Positions 39,186 through 50,165 of a stretch of DNA of 55,345 nucleotides are shown here, in pieces; positions within the stretch are counted from its first letter, which is position 1, and every line of letters begins with the position of its first letter. The stretch covers positions 1 to 55,345 of the forward strand of contig JACPAT010000030.1 in NCBI GenBank assembly GCA_016180655.1, in the 5' to 3' direction. Made by a program: the position numbers and the translations under genes. The notes below the pieces were generated by a model. It saw only the letters and a list, made by a program, of their open reading frames with translations, was not told the origin of the DNA and did no database searches. The stretch is from Candidatus Methylomirabilota bacterium. Lineage in GTDB: Bacteria > Methylomirabilota > Methylomirabilia > Methylomirabilales > 2-02-FULL-66-22.

Positions 39186-39887
39186 ATGCGCCTCGGCATC
39201 ATGGGGGGGACATTCGATCCGATCCACCTGGGCCACCTGCGGGCGGCCGAGGAGATCTACTGGGCCTTCGGCCTGGACCGGATCATCTTCGTCCCGGCGG
39301 CCCGTCCGCCCCACAAGGAGGAGGCCGTGGCCGCCTCGGCGCTCCACCGGTACGAGATGGTCTCCCTGGCCACGGTCTTCACGCCGTATTTCACGGTCTC
39401 CTCCATCGAGCTGCAGCGACCGGGGACGTCCTACTCCGTGGAGACGGTCCGGGAATTCCAGAAGATGTCCGGGCCGGAGACGACGCTCTACTTCGTGGTG
39501 GGGGTGGACGCCTTCCTGGGGATGTCGGCCTGGCGGCAGGCGCGGGAGCTGCTCAGCCTGACCCGGGTCATCGTGACCGCGCGGCCAGGCTGGCGCCTCG
39601 ACGAGGTGGAGCGGCTGCTCACCCCCGAGCAGGGGAAGATCCTGGGGAACCCCACCTTCCGGTACCTGAAGATCGCCGACATCGATCCCGAGCGGGTGGA
39701 GCGGGAGTTCACGCCCCTCCAGGTCCTCCTGGTAGAGGTGGTGTCGCTGGACATCGCCTCCCGGGAGATCCGGCAGTTGGTGGAGGAGGGGCGGAGCATC
39801 CGCCACCTGGTGCCGGACACGGTGGCGGCCTACATGGCCAAGAACCGGCTGTACCAGCGGCCGCGACCCGGCCGCTCACGCGCCTAG
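39186..39887 (+). CDS. nadD: Nicotinate-nucleotide adenylyltransferase NadD
   Basis: The sequence is MRLGIMGGTFDPIHLGHL... with a (H/T)xGH motif and a C-terminal ISSTxxR-like SREIR. Confidence 0.92.
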   Translation: MRLGIMGGTFDPIHLGHLRAAEEIYWAFGLDRIIFVPAARPPHKEEAVAASALHRYEMVSLATVFTPYFTVSSIELQRPGTSYSVETVREFQKMSGPETTLYFVVGVDAFLGMSAWRQARELLSLTRVIVTARPGWRLDEVERLLTPEQGKILGNPTFRYLKIADIDPERVEREFTPLQVLLVEVVSLDIASREIRQLVEEGRSIRHLVPDTVAAYMAKNRLYQRPRPGRSRA

Positions 39888-40004
39888 GCAATCTGGCAAC
39901 TGGGCAATTTGGCAATCGGGAAGTCGGGTAACCTGGCAACTGGGCAATCGGGCAACCCCGCCATCGGCGGGGCAACCCGGAACTCCTGATTGCCGGATTG
40001 CCGG
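39887..40004. repeat. Periodic-arm palindrome, TGGCAA family (longest array)
   Basis: The left arm is ggcaatc tggcaac tgggcaat ttggcaatc gggaagtc gggtaacc tggcaac tgggcaatc gggcaacc. The centre is CCGCCatcGGCGG. The right arm is ggcaacccggaactcctgattgccggattgccgg. It starts at the nadD stop. Confidence 0.9.
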
Positions 40005-40026
40005 GGACCCAGCCGACCCTGGGCCC

Positions 40027-40452
40027 GTGGCCCGCCCCGCTCCGCCACGCGGTCCGGGGCGGAGTCGGCAGGGTGCGCCGAATTGCCACTCCGTTGGAGG
40101 GACTGCCATCGACTCGACCGAAGTCGTTAAGCTGGCGGCCGATGCCGCGGCGACGGTGAAACCCAGCTACCTGGCCATCCTGGACCTGCGCAGCCTGTGC
40201 ACCTTCACCGACTACTTCCTGATCGCCAGTGCCAACTCGGCGCGCCAGGTGCGGGCCATCGCAGAGCGTGTGGAGGAGCAACTCGCCAGGGCGAAGGTCC
40301 GGATGTCGCATCGCGAAGGGGTAGGCGAGGCGCAATGGATTTTGCTTGACTACCATAATGTCGTGGTTCATATTTTCGCCGACCAAACCCGGGCATTCTA
40401 CGATCTGGAGCGTCTCTGGGCGGATGCCCCGAAGCAGCAACTGGTCGGCTGA
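40027..40452 (+). CDS. rsfS: Ribosome silencing factor RsfS (iojap family)
   Basis: Matching segments include DLRSLCTFTDYFLIASANSARQVRAIAE and WILLDYHNVVVHIF. The start is uncertain: GTG 40027 is the only canonical in-frame start, but GGAGGG lies just before an ATC at about 40108. Confidence 0.8.
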   Translation: MARPAPPRGPGRSRQGAPNCHSVGGTAIDSTEVVKLAADAAATVKPSYLAILDLRSLCTFTDYFLIASANSARQVRAIAERVEEQLARAKVRMSHREGVGEAQWILLDYHNVVVHIFADQTRAFYDLERLWADAPKQQLVG

Positions 40453-40699
40453 CCGACCGGGGCCGATGGCCAGGGGAGGTGGATCCGGATGCTGTCCGGG
40501 AGGGCCGTCGAAGGTCCACGCATAATCAACCGAGCGACCGCGATGCCCGACAGGTACGGGGCGGACGCGCGGTGACCAACACCGACCTCGCGGAGGCACA
40601 GCGACCGCATCGCTTCCGCGAGGATTTGTATTCCCGGCTGGATTGACGGTCATCGCGCGGGCCGCCGCCCTGATCGCCCAGCCACGGGAGGGAACGAGG

Positions 40700-41065
40700 A
40701 TGCCGCTCAAGGGACCCAAGCTGGAGAAATTCAAGCAGCGCCTGCTGGCCAAGCGCAAAGAATTGATCAGCGAGGTCCGGGGGTCCAACGTCGGCAGCCT
40801 GGAGACCAGCACCGATGGGATCCAGGACATCGCCGATCAGGCCAGCAGCGCCTACACCAAGGAGTTCCTGCTCTCCATCGGGGATGCGGAACGCCGCATG
40901 CTCCGGCAGGTGGACGAGGCGCTGACCAAGATCCGCCAGGACACCTACGGCCGGTGCGAGTCGTGCGGCGAGATGATCAGCGAACGCCGCCTGGAAGCAT
41001 TGCCCTTCGCCAGGCTCTGCATCGCATGCCAGGAAGAGGAGGAGCGGGCGAAGGCCAGGAGCTGA
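40700..41065 (+). CDS. DksA/TraR-family C4 zinc-finger protein
   Basis: The start is ATG 40700 (MPLKGPKLEKF). It has a coiled-coil region followed by CESCGEMISERRLEALPFARLCIACQ. Confidence 0.88.
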   Translation: MPLKGPKLEKFKQRLLAKRKELISEVRGSNVGSLETSTDGIQDIADQASSAYTKEFLLSIGDAERRMLRQVDEALTKIRQDTYGRCESCGEMISERRLEALPFARLCIACQEEEERAKARS

Positions 41066-41216
41066 CCTCGCACGCCCCCCGCGTCGGGCCGCCCGATCCG
41101 CGGTGGCGGGTCCGGACCACCGGCGCGTTGGCTCTCGGGGATGCCGCGTGCACGGATCGAATGGCCGGCAGGCCCTTCCCCTCGGACCCAGGGATCGCGT
41201 CCGATCCCGTGCCTGC

Positions 41217-43844
41217 ATGTCGTCACCTTCCTCTCCGCATTCCCGAACATCCGGGGTTGTCCTCGACGCGATGACCCGCCTTCCGCTGGTTCCCGACATT
41301 CCGCACTCGTCTTCCCGTGAGCGTGGCACGGCAATCGTCCCCTGGCTCTGGCTCCAGGTGGGGACGCTGGTCGTCGCCCGCCGGGCGTGGGCCCAGGCGG
41401 AGGGCGCAGGACGCTCCCTCCTCGACGAACTGTGGCAACGACTGGCCGAGATCCAGCTGGTGGCCAACAATCCCGTGGTGCTGCAGTACGGGGCCTATGC
41501 GGTCGGGGGGATCGTGGTGCTGTGGGTCCTCTCGCGCCTGCCCCGGCTGCTGCGGCGGACGGGGGGAGGGGCGGTGGCAGCCCCCTCCCGGTCCCAGAAT
41601 CTCCGGGAGGCGCGGCGGGCTGCCCGTCGGGGCGATCCCGTGCAGGCGGGACGGTTCTTCGAGGCGGCCGAGGACTGGGAGAGCGCGGCCGAGTCATACG
41701 AGCGCGGGCGGGCCCTGGCGGATGCGGCCGGCGCCTGGGAGCGGCTGAACCAGACCGCCAAGGCGGCGCGACTGTACGAGCAGGCGAACGAGCCGTCCAA
41801 GGCGGCCGACCTGTTCCTCCGGCTCGGGAATCCTGCCCGGGCGGCCGGCCTGCTCCAGAAAGCCGGGCAGGAGGTCAAGGCCGCCGAGGCCTACGAGCGG
41901 GCCGGGGACCTGGAGCGGGCCGCGGGGCTGTACGCCAAGCACGAGGTCTTCGACCGGGCCGGGGAGCTCCTGGCCAGGCTGGGCCAGCAGGCGTCGGCGG
42001 CCGAGCTTTTCGAGCGCGCCCTGCGCCGGCTGGTCGTGCGCCAGGGGGTCGAGCTGTCCGCGGAGGCCACCCAGGCCCGGCAGGCCCTGGCGCGGCGCTG
42101 CGCCGAGCTCTACGTCCGAGGCCAACAGCCGGCCAAGGCGGCGGCGGTCCTGCGCGAGCACGGGTTGGAGCTGGACGCGGCGGAGTATTTCTGCCAGGCG
42201 GGCGACTGGGAGACCGGGCTGGACATCTTCCTCCGCCATCGGCAGTTCGATCGCGCCGCCGCGGCCTGTCAGGCCCAGGGGGCGGAGGACCGGCTTCACC
42301 TCGTGCAGGGGGAGCGCTTGGCGGCCGACGGGCGCGAGCGGGACGCCGCCCGCGAGTTCGAGGCCGGGCAGGCGTGGTGGCGGGCCGCGGAGATGTACGA
42401 GCGGGCCCGGGACTACGCCAAGGCGGCCCAGATGTACGGGCGCCACGGGGATGACGAGCGGGCCGCCGAGATGCACGCGGCCGCGGGAGAGCCCGCCCAG
42501 GCCGCGGCCGCGCTGGACCGGTTGGGGAAGCCGAAGGAGGCGGCCCGTTACTACCAGGAGGCGGGGGCGATCGAACAGGCGGCCAGGGCCCTGCAGGCGG
42601 CCGGCGACTTCTTCGGGGCGGGGTGCCTCTGGATGCAGGCCCAGGCCCCGGACGAGGCGGTGGCCCTCCTCCAGCAGGTGAGCCCGGAGTCCGAGCGGTA
42701 CCTGGAGGCCACGATCGCACTGGGGGACCTGTTCCTGGAGCGGCAGCTCTATGGCCCGGCCCGGGAGAAGTTCGAGAGGGCGGCCGCCCTGCGCGCCATC
42801 GCGCCGGACTTCATCCATCCCACCTACCAGCTCGCCGTGATCCACGAGCGGCAGGGAGACTTGCCGAAGGCCCTGGCCCTCTACGAGAAGGTGATGGCCG
42901 AGCAGCTCGGCTACCGGGACGTCCAGGCCCGGGTGGCCGATCTGCGGGAGCGCCTGGCCCAGGCGACCCCGGTCCTGCCCGGCGGAGAGGCGACGCAGGT
43001 CGTGGCCCCGCCCGCGCGCACGCGCTACCGCCTCATCCGGGAACTGGGCCGGGGGGGCATGGGGATCGTGTACCACGCGGAGGATGTGCTCCTGCAGCGC
43101 CCCGTGGCCTACAAGGTGCTGCCCGACGCCATCCGCGAGGATCCCAAGGCCCTGGAGTACTTCCTGCGCGAGGCGCGCATCGCCGCCTCCCTCCAGCATC
43201 CCAACATCGTCACGATCTACGACGCCGGGCAGGCGGCCGACGAGATCTACATCGCCATGGAGTACGTCGAGGGCCGCTCGCTCCAGGAGATCCTGGACCA
43301 GGTCCCGACCCTGCCCCTGCCGCAGGCCCTGGCGCTCTTCCGCCAGGCCTGTGTGGGCCTGGCCCACGCCCACGGGCAGAATGTCGTCCACCGCGACATC
43401 AAGCCGGCCAACATGATGATCACCCCGGGCGGCGTGGTGAAGCTCATGGACTTCGGCTTGGCGGCGGTGGTCACCGAGGCCATGGCCAAGGTGACCTCGG
43501 TGCGGGGTACTCCCTTCTACATGGCACCGGAGCAGATCCTGGGCGAGGAAATCTCGGCCCTGACGGATCAGTACGCCCTGGGCTGCACGCTCTACCACAT
43601 GGTGACGGGCCGGCCTCCCTTCGTCGAGGGGGACGTCCTGTACCATCACATCCACACGGCTCCCGTGTCCCCGCGCGAGCGGAATCCGCGGATCCCGGCC
43701 TGGCTGGACGCCATCCTGCTGCGGACCATGCTGAAGGATCGCACCCGACGCTTCCCCTCCGTGGGCGTCCTGCTCCAGGAGGTGGACCGCTGCCTGGCGG
43801 GGGCCCGCGGGAACGGGCCGCTGTCCGGGACGGTCACCCCCTGA
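41217..43844 (+). CDS. Ser/Thr protein kinase with N-terminal TM segment and long Ala-rich TPR-like repeat region
   Basis: The C-terminal Hanks kinase domain has GRGGMGIVY, VAYK, HRDIKPANM, DFG and GTPFYMAPE. Upstream are repeats of the type AAEAYERAGDLERAAGLYAK. The start is uncertain, with candidates from 41103 to 41271. Confidence 0.85.
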   Translation: MSSPSSPHSRTSGVVLDAMTRLPLVPDIPHSSSRERGTAIVPWLWLQVGTLVVARRAWAQAEGAGRSLLDELWQRLAEIQLVANNPVVLQYGAYAVGGIVVLWVLSRLPRLLRRTGGGAVAAPSRSQNLREARRAARRGDPVQAGRFFEAAEDWESAAESYERGRALADAAGAWERLNQTAKAARLYEQANEPSKAADLFLRLGNPARAAGLLQKAGQEVKAAEAYERAGDLERAAGLYAKHEVFDRAGELLARLGQQASAAELFERALRRLVVRQGVELSAEATQARQALARRCAELYVRGQQPAKAAAVLREHGLELDAAEYFCQAGDWETGLDIFLRHRQFDRAAAACQAQGAEDRLHLVQGERLAADGRERDAAREFEAGQAWWRAAEMYERARDYAKAAQMYGRHGDDERAAEMHAAAGEPAQAAAALDRLGKPKEAARYYQEAGAIEQAARALQAAGDFFGAGCLWMQAQAPDEAVALLQQVSPESERYLEATIALGDLFLERQLYGPAREKFERAAALRAIAPDFIHPTYQLAVIHERQGDLPKALALYEKVMAEQLGYRDVQARVADLRERLAQATPVLPGGEATQVVAPPARTRYRLIRELGRGGMGIVYHAEDVLLQRPVAYKVLPDAIREDPKALEYFLREARIAASLQHPNIVTIYDAGQAADEIYIAMEYVEGRSLQEILDQVPTLPLPQALALFRQACVGLAHAHGQNVVHRDIKPANMMITPGGVVKLMDFGLAAVVTEAMAKVTSVRGTPFYMAPEQILGEEISALTDQYALGCTLYHMVTGRPPFVEGDVLYHHIHTAPVSPRERNPRIPAWLDAILLRTMLKDRTRRFPSVGVLLQEVDRCLAGARGNGPLSGTVTP

Positions 43845-43853
43845 GGGGGGCCG

Positions 43854-44606
43854 GTGAGCCGCTTCGGCCCCCGCGACCTCCTGGCCGCCCTCCTCCATCT
43901 GGTCTTCCCCACCCCCTGCCACGTCTGCCGGCAGCCCCTGGCCCTCGACCACGTGAGTGGGCTGTGCGGGCGCTGCTGGGGCGCCCTGGAGCGCATGCCG
44001 GCGGAGGGCTGCCTGCGCTGCGGCTGGCCCTTTCCCGGCCCGGCCGGAGTTGGCGGAGCGGAGCGCCCCCTGTGCCAGCGCTGCCGGGAGACGCGGGACC
44101 ACTTCCGCACGGCGCGGGCGGCCCTGCGCTACCGGGACGAGGGGGTCGCCCGCGCCGCCATCCTGCTGGCGAAGCATGGTCGGCGCTTTTCCCTGTTGCG
44201 GCACCTGGCGGGGGTCCTGGCCGAGGACGCTCCCCGCCGCCTGTCCCTGACGGACTGGGATGGGCTGGTGCCGGTGCCGCTCCACTGGACGCGGCGCTGG
44301 CGGCGCGGATTCAACCAGGCCGAGGTGCTGGCGCGGGCCGTGGGACGGCGCCACGGGATCCCGGTGCTCAGGCGTGCGCTCCTCCGGGTGCGGGCCACGC
44401 CACCCCAGCAGGGCGACGTCGCGGCCCGCCGCAGGAACGTGGGCGACGCCTTCGTCGTGGCCAGCCCCTCCCGCGTGGCGGGTCGGCGCCTCCTGCTGGT
44501 GGACGACGTGTTCACCACGGGCGCCACCGCCGACGCCTGCGCGCGAATATTATTGCGGGCCGGTGCCGCCGATGTCGGTGTCCTCACCCTCGCCCGGGTG
44601 GAGTGA
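43854..44606 (+). CDS. comF: ComF-family protein (phosphoribosyltransferase domain, N-terminal Cys-rich zinc ribbon)
   Basis: The Cys-rich N-terminus is CHVCRQ...CGRCW...CLRCG. The PRT motif is LLLVDDVFTTGAT. It has a GTG start with GAGGGGGG upstream. Confidence 0.88.
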   Translation: MSRFGPRDLLAALLHLVFPTPCHVCRQPLALDHVSGLCGRCWGALERMPAEGCLRCGWPFPGPAGVGGAERPLCQRCRETRDHFRTARAALRYRDEGVARAAILLAKHGRRFSLLRHLAGVLAEDAPRRLSLTDWDGLVPVPLHWTRRWRRGFNQAEVLARAVGRRHGIPVLRRALLRVRATPPQQGDVAARRRNVGDAFVVASPSRVAGRRLLLVDDVFTTGATADACARILLRAGAADVGVLTLARVE

Positions 44607-44683
44607 CACGGGCGGCTCCGGCCCGCGACCTGCGGGCGGGCGCCATTGATGTCGGCGTCCCGACCCTGGCGCGGGTCGACTGA
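44554..44683 (+). repeat. Degenerate tandem duplication of the comF 3' end including the stop codon
   Basis: 44554-44606 (..LRAGAADVGVLTLARVE*) and 44631-44683 (..LRAGAIDVGVPTLARVD*) align without gaps over 53 nt. About three quarters of positions are identical. Confidence 0.75.
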
Positions 44684-44781
44684 CGGGCGCAGTCGCTCCC
44701 GGGTGGCCGCGGCCGCGCCCCCGAGGGGGCGGACGCATGTTCACCCTGCCGGACGAGCGGGAACTGCTGCCCCGTTACCCT

Positions 44782-45896
<1,115 letters not shown>

Positions 45897-46112
45897 CGGG
45901 ACGACGCAGGACGGGCCGGCCCCCGCTTGTCCGGGGATGACCGCCGTGTGACGGGAGGCGATCCCCGGGGACGCCCGGAGCGGGACGGTCCCGAGGCGGT
46001 CGCCTGGCCGCTTCGAGCGGGCCGGCGCGCCAGGCATGGCATTGCAGTTCCCCACGGATGATCGGAGGAGGGCGATCAGGACGTGGCGGGGACACCGAGC
46101 GGAGGTGTCAGC

Positions 46113-47303
46113 ATGGCAAAAGTCTCGATCGCCGATCTCGATCTCACGGGCAAGCGGGTCCTGATCCGCGTGGACTTCAACGTCCCGCTGGACGCGAAGC
46201 AGGAGGTGACCGACGCTACCCGGATCCGGGCGGCGCTTCCCACCATCCGCCATGCCCTGGGGCAAGGGGCCAAGGTCCTGCTGATCTCGCACCTGGGCCG
46301 GCCCAAGGGGAAGGTGGTCCCGAGCCTGAGCCTGGCGCCCGCGGCCGCGCGGCTGTCCCAGCTCTTGGGGCAGCCGGTGGCCATGGCGTCCGATTGCATG
46401 GGGGACGCGGTGAAGGCGGCCGTGGCCCGGCTCGGGCCGGGCCAGGCGCTGATGCTGGAGAACTGCCGCTTCCACGCCGGGGACGAGAAGAACGACGAGG
46501 CGATGGGGCGGGCCCTGGCGGCGCTATGCGATGTCTTCGTGAACGACGCCTTCGGCGCGGCGCACCGGGCCCACGCCTCCACGGTGGGGGTGACGAAGTT
46601 CGTGCCGACCTCCGCCTGCGGGTTCCTCATGGCCAAAGAGCTGGAGTATCTCGGACGCGCCGTGACGAATCCCGCCCGCCCCTTCGTGGCCGTCCTGGGA
46701 GGGGCCAAGGTCTCGGACAAGATCGGGGTGCTGAAGAACCTGGTGGCCAAGGTGGACGTACTGCTGGTGGGCGGCGGGATGGCCTACACCTTCCTGAAGG
46801 CGCAGGGGATGGAGGTCGGCGCGTCGCTCCTGGAGGCGGACAAGCTGGACGTGGCCCGGGCCATTCTGGACGAAGCGCGGGCCAAGGGCATCACCTTCCT
46901 GCTTCCCATGGACCACGTGGTCGCGGAGCGGGCGGAGGCCACGGCGGCGACGCGCCTGGCGGACAGCACCGCCATCCCGCCGGGCTGGATGGGGCTGGAC
47001 ATCGGTCCCAAGGCCCGCGAGGCCTTCACCAAGCTGATCCGGGGCGCCAAGACCGTGGTCTGGAACGGCCCCATGGGCGTCTTCGAGCTGGCCCCGTTCC
47101 GCGAGGGCACCTTCGCCGTGGCGCGCGCCATCGCGGCCTCGGGGGCCACCTCCATCGTGGGCGGGGGGGACTCGGTAGCCGCGGTGGCCCAGGCGGGGGT
47201 GGCGGACAAGATCAGCCACATCTCCACGGGCGGCGGCGCCTCGCTGGAGTTCCTGGAGGGGATCGAGCTGCCGGGGGTCGCGGCGCTGACGGACAAGCAC
47301 TGA
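46113..47303 (+). CDS. pgk: Phosphoglycerate kinase
   Basis: It contains [12 protein letters not shown] and ISHLGRPKG. The start is ATG 46113 with GGAGG upstream. Confidence 0.95.
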   Translation: MAKVSIADLDLTGKRVLIRVDFNVPLDAKQEVTDATRIRAALPTIRHALGQGAKVLLISHLGRPKGKVVPSLSLAPAAARLSQLLGQPVAMASDCMGDAVKAAVARLGPGQALMLENCRFHAGDEKNDEAMGRALAALCDVFVNDAFGAAHRAHASTVGVTKFVPTSACGFLMAKELEYLGRAVTNPARPFVAVLGGAKVSDKIGVLKNLVAKVDVLLVGGGMAYTFLKAQGMEVGASLLEADKLDVARAILDEARAKGITFLLPMDHVVAERAEATAATRLADSTAIPPGWMGLDIGPKAREAFTKLIRGAKTVVWNGPMGVFELAPFREGTFAVARAIAASGATSIVGGGDSVAAVAQAGVADKISHISTGGGASLEFLEGIELPGVAALTDKH

Positions 47304-47306
47304 TCT

Positions 47307-47391
47307 GTCGAATGGTCGAGTGGTCAATACGTCAATTCGTCGTTACAGTCCGCAGGGACGAATGGACTGATTGACGATTTGACCAATTGAC
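47307..47391. repeat. Periodic-arm palindrome, GTCnnnnn family
   Basis: The left arm is gtcgaatg gtcgagtg gtcaatac gtcaattc gtcgttac agtc. The centre is cgcaggg. The right arm is acgaatg gactgatt gacgattt gaccaatt gac. It fills the pgk-tpiA spacer up to the tpiA RBS. Confidence 0.9.
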
Positions 47392-47402
47392 TGGGAGGAG
47401 CG

Positions 47403-48099
47403 ATGCGACTCCCGATGATGGCCGGCAACTGGAAGATGTACCGGACGGCCCGCGAGGCCGCGCAGGCGATCCGGACCCTGCGGGGCCTGGTGGCCGATGC
47501 GGCCGAGGTGGACGTGGTGGTCTGCCCCCCCTTCACGGCGCTGCCGGCCGCGCTGGAGGCGGCGTCGGGCTCGCGAATCGGCATCGGGGCCCAGGACTGC
47601 CACTGGGAGAAAGAAGGGGCCTACACCGGCGAGGTGGCGGTGCCGATGCTCGCCGACCTCGGGTGCAGCCACGTCATCGTGGGCCACTCGGAGCGCCGGC
47701 AGCTCTTCGGCGAGACCGACGCCACGGTGGATCGGAAGATCGAGGCCGTGCTGGCCCACGGGCTCGCCTGCATCGGCTGCCTGGGCGAGACGCTGCAGGA
47801 ACGGGAGGCGGGGCAGACGCTCCCGGTCCTGGAACGGCAGCTGCGGGGCGGATTCGCCCGGCACCTCCACTCGCCGCGCCTGGTGATCGCCTACGAGCCG
47901 GTCTGGGCCATCGGCACCGGGCGCACGGCGACGCCGGAGGAGGCCCAGGAGGCGCACGCCTTCCTCCGCGGGCTAGCGGCGGCCGTGGCGGGCCCGGACG
48001 TGGCCGCGGGCATCCGGATCCTATACGGACGGCGCGCTGGTGGGCGGGGCGAGCCTGGATCCGTCGTCCTTCGCCCGGATCGTGAATTTCCGCGGATAG
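47403..48099 (+). pseudogene. tpiA: Triosephosphate isomerase with an internal deletion and frameshift near 48027
   Basis: The frame from 47403 matches TIM up to ..AAGIRILYG (including NWKM, HSERR and AYEPVWAIGTG). The conserved C-terminus [23 protein letters not shown] is in the +1 frame (48028-48099). The segment equivalent to GSVxxxNAxELxxxxDI is absent. Confidence 0.8.
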
Positions 48100-48101
48100 A
48101 A

Positions 48102-48124
48102 GGGGGCCGAATCGTTCGGCCCCC
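48102..48124 (+). terminator. Perfect 10-bp hairpin just after the +1-frame tpiA stop
   Basis: The hairpin is GGGGGCCGAA-tcg-TTCGGCCCCC. It has no clear U-tract, so it may be a stabiliser or weak terminator. Confidence 0.4.
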
Positions 48125-48145
48125 TGGCATCAGTGGGGAGGTTGC

Positions 48146-48472
48146 ATGTACATCGCGCTCTCGATTCTTCATCTCCTGGTGACCCTGGGCCTGATCCTGA
48201 TCGTGCTGCTCCAGAGCGGCAAGGGGGCGGACATCGGCGCCGCCTTCGGCGGCGGCTCGAGCCAGACGGTCTTCGGGGGCCGCGGGGCCGCCACGTTCCT
48301 GTCGAAGCTGACCAGCGCCCTGGCCATCCTGTTCATGCTGACCTCGCTCACGCTGACCATCCTGGCCTCGCAGCGCGGGACCTCCACGGTCGTCGGCGAG
48401 GATCGCCCGAAGCCGGCGCCATCCACCCCGGCCGCCCCCGCCCCCGCCGTTCCGGGGCCCCAGAAGCCGTAG
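48146..48472 (+). CDS. secG: Preprotein translocase subunit SecG
   Basis: The sequence is MYIALSILHLLVTLGLILIVLLQSGKGADIGAAFGGGSSQTVFG.., with a second TM helix and a Pro/Ala tail. Confidence 0.92.
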   Translation: MYIALSILHLLVTLGLILIVLLQSGKGADIGAAFGGGSSQTVFGGRGAATFLSKLTSALAILFMLTSLTLTILASQRGTSTVVGEDRPKPAPSTPAAPAPAVPGPQKP

Positions 48473-50148
48473 TGACCGGATCGCGTCCGCCGCGCCCGAA
48501 GTCTCCGTCCGCGCCGGGGCTCCTCCCGCTCCTGGTGCTGTTCGCCCTGCTCCTCCTGGGCGCCTGCGCCCGCTCGGAGCCGGCCGCCGAGCCGGCCGCC
48601 GGGGAGGGGGGACCGGCCTACGGCGACACCCTCGTCGAGGCCTCCATCGGCGACATCAGCGGCCTCATCCCCAATATCACCAGCGACTCGGCCTCCCACG
48701 AGATCGGCAACCTGATCTACGCCAATCTGGTCCGCACCGACAAGGAGCTGCGGCTGGAGGGGGAACTGGCCGAGCGATGGGAGATCTCCCGGGACGAGCT
48801 GACCATCACCTTCCACCTCCGGAAAGGCGTCAAGTGGCACGACGGGGTGGAGGTCACCGCGGAGGACGTGGATTTCACCTATCGCTACATGATCGACCCC
48901 AGGACGCCGACGGCCTACGCCGAATCGTTCCGCCAGATCCGGCGCGCCGAGGTGGTGGATCGCTACACCTACCGGGTGACCTACGAGAAGCCGTATGCGC
49001 CGGGCCTCTTGTCCTGGGGCATCTGGATCCTCCCCCGCCACATCCTGGAGGCCCCCTGGAAGGCGGGGGTGGACCTCCGGACGACGCCGCAGAACCGCCA
49101 CCCCGTCGGCAGCGGCCCCTACCGGTTCCGGGAGTGGAAGACCGGGGAGAAGGTCGTCCTGGAGGCGAACCCCGACTACTTCGAGGGCCGCCCGTACATC
49201 AAGCGGGTCGTCTACCGGATCATCCCCGACCAGTCCACCATCTTCCTGGAGCTGAAGGCCAGGAACATCGACATGGCCGGCCTGTCGCCGATCCAGTACC
49301 GGCGGCAGACCGACTACCCGGCCTTCCGCAAGGGCTTCAACCGGTACCGGTACCTGGCCAACGCCTACGCCTACCTGGGATTCAACCTGCTGGACCCCCG
49401 CTTCCAGGACAAGCGCGTGCGCCAGGCGATGGCCTCCGCCATCAACAAGCCGGAGATCATCGAGGGGGTGCTTTTGGGCCTGGGTCGCCCGGCCGTGGGG
49501 CCCTACAAGCCGGGGACCTGGTGGTACAAGGAGAACGTGAAGACCTATCCCTTCGACCCGGAGCGGGCCAAGGCGTTGCTGGCCGAGGCGGGATGGAAGG
49601 ACACCGACGGGGACGGCCTCCTGGACAAGGATGGCCAGCCCTTCCGCTTCACCATCCGGACCAACCAGGGGAACCTGGTGCGGCAGCAGACGGCCGAGAT
49701 CGTCCAGCGGCGCCTCCGGGCCGTGGGGATCGACGTGCAGATCCACGTGGTGGAGTGGGCGGCCTTCATCAACACCTTCATCCGCAAGAAGAATTTCGAG
49801 GCCATCATCCTGGGCTGGGGCCTGGGCATGGACCCGGACCAGTACGACATCTGGCACTCCAGCAAGACGGGGCCGGACGAGTTGAACCACATCTCGTACA
49901 AGAACCCCAAGGTGGACGCCCTGCTGGAGGCCGGGCGGCGGACCTTCGACGAGGCGAAGCGCAAGGCCATCTACGGGGAACTCCAGGACGTCCTGGCGGA
50001 GGAGCAGCCGGTGGTCTTCCTGTACGTCCCGGACGCCTTGCCCGTGGTCTCCGCCCGGGTATGGGGGGTCGAGCCCGCCCCGGCCGGGATCAGCTACAAC
50101 TTCACCAAGTGGTACGTGCCCGCGAACCTGCAGCGGTACACGCGCTGA
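48472..50148 (+). CDS. ABC transporter substrate-binding lipoprotein, family 5 (peptide/nickel, OppA/DppA-like)
   Basis: The GTG start at 48472 overlaps the secG TAG by 1 nt. It has a lipobox LLLGAC. The body is family-5 SBP (WHDGVEVTAEDVDFTYRY.., NPDYFEGRPYIKRVVYRIIPD). Confidence 0.9.
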   Translation: MTGSRPPRPKSPSAPGLLPLLVLFALLLLGACARSEPAAEPAAGEGGPAYGDTLVEASIGDISGLIPNITSDSASHEIGNLIYANLVRTDKELRLEGELAERWEISRDELTITFHLRKGVKWHDGVEVTAEDVDFTYRYMIDPRTPTAYAESFRQIRRAEVVDRYTYRVTYEKPYAPGLLSWGIWILPRHILEAPWKAGVDLRTTPQNRHPVGSGPYRFREWKTGEKVVLEANPDYFEGRPYIKRVVYRIIPDQSTIFLELKARNIDMAGLSPIQYRRQTDYPAFRKGFNRYRYLANAYAYLGFNLLDPRFQDKRVRQAMASAINKPEIIEGVLLGLGRPAVGPYKPGTWWYKENVKTYPFDPERAKALLAEAGWKDTDGDGLLDKDGQPFRFTIRTNQGNLVRQQTAEIVQRRLRAVGIDVQIHVVEWAAFINTFIRKKNFEAIILGWGLGMDPDQYDIWHSSKTGPDELNHISYKNPKVDALLEAGRRTFDEAKRKAIYGELQDVLAEEQPVVFLYVPDALPVVSARVWGVEPAPAGISYNFTKWYVPANLQRYTR

Positions 50149-50165
50149 GTGTTTGATTTCATAGG

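Noticed and set aside
41217-43844. The kinase N-terminal Ala-rich repeats as a novel repeat protein system.
   Set aside because: The pattern (A..YER.G....AA..Y) looks like ordinary degenerate TPR/half-TPR repeats fused to a standard Hanks kinase. Nothing is unusual at the DNA level.
47403-48182. Treating the 259-aa ORF as an intact TpiA overlapping secG.
   Set aside because: After ..ILYG the frame loses all TIM similarity, while the conserved C-terminus is in the +1 frame ending at 48099 before a hairpin. It is called as frameshifted.
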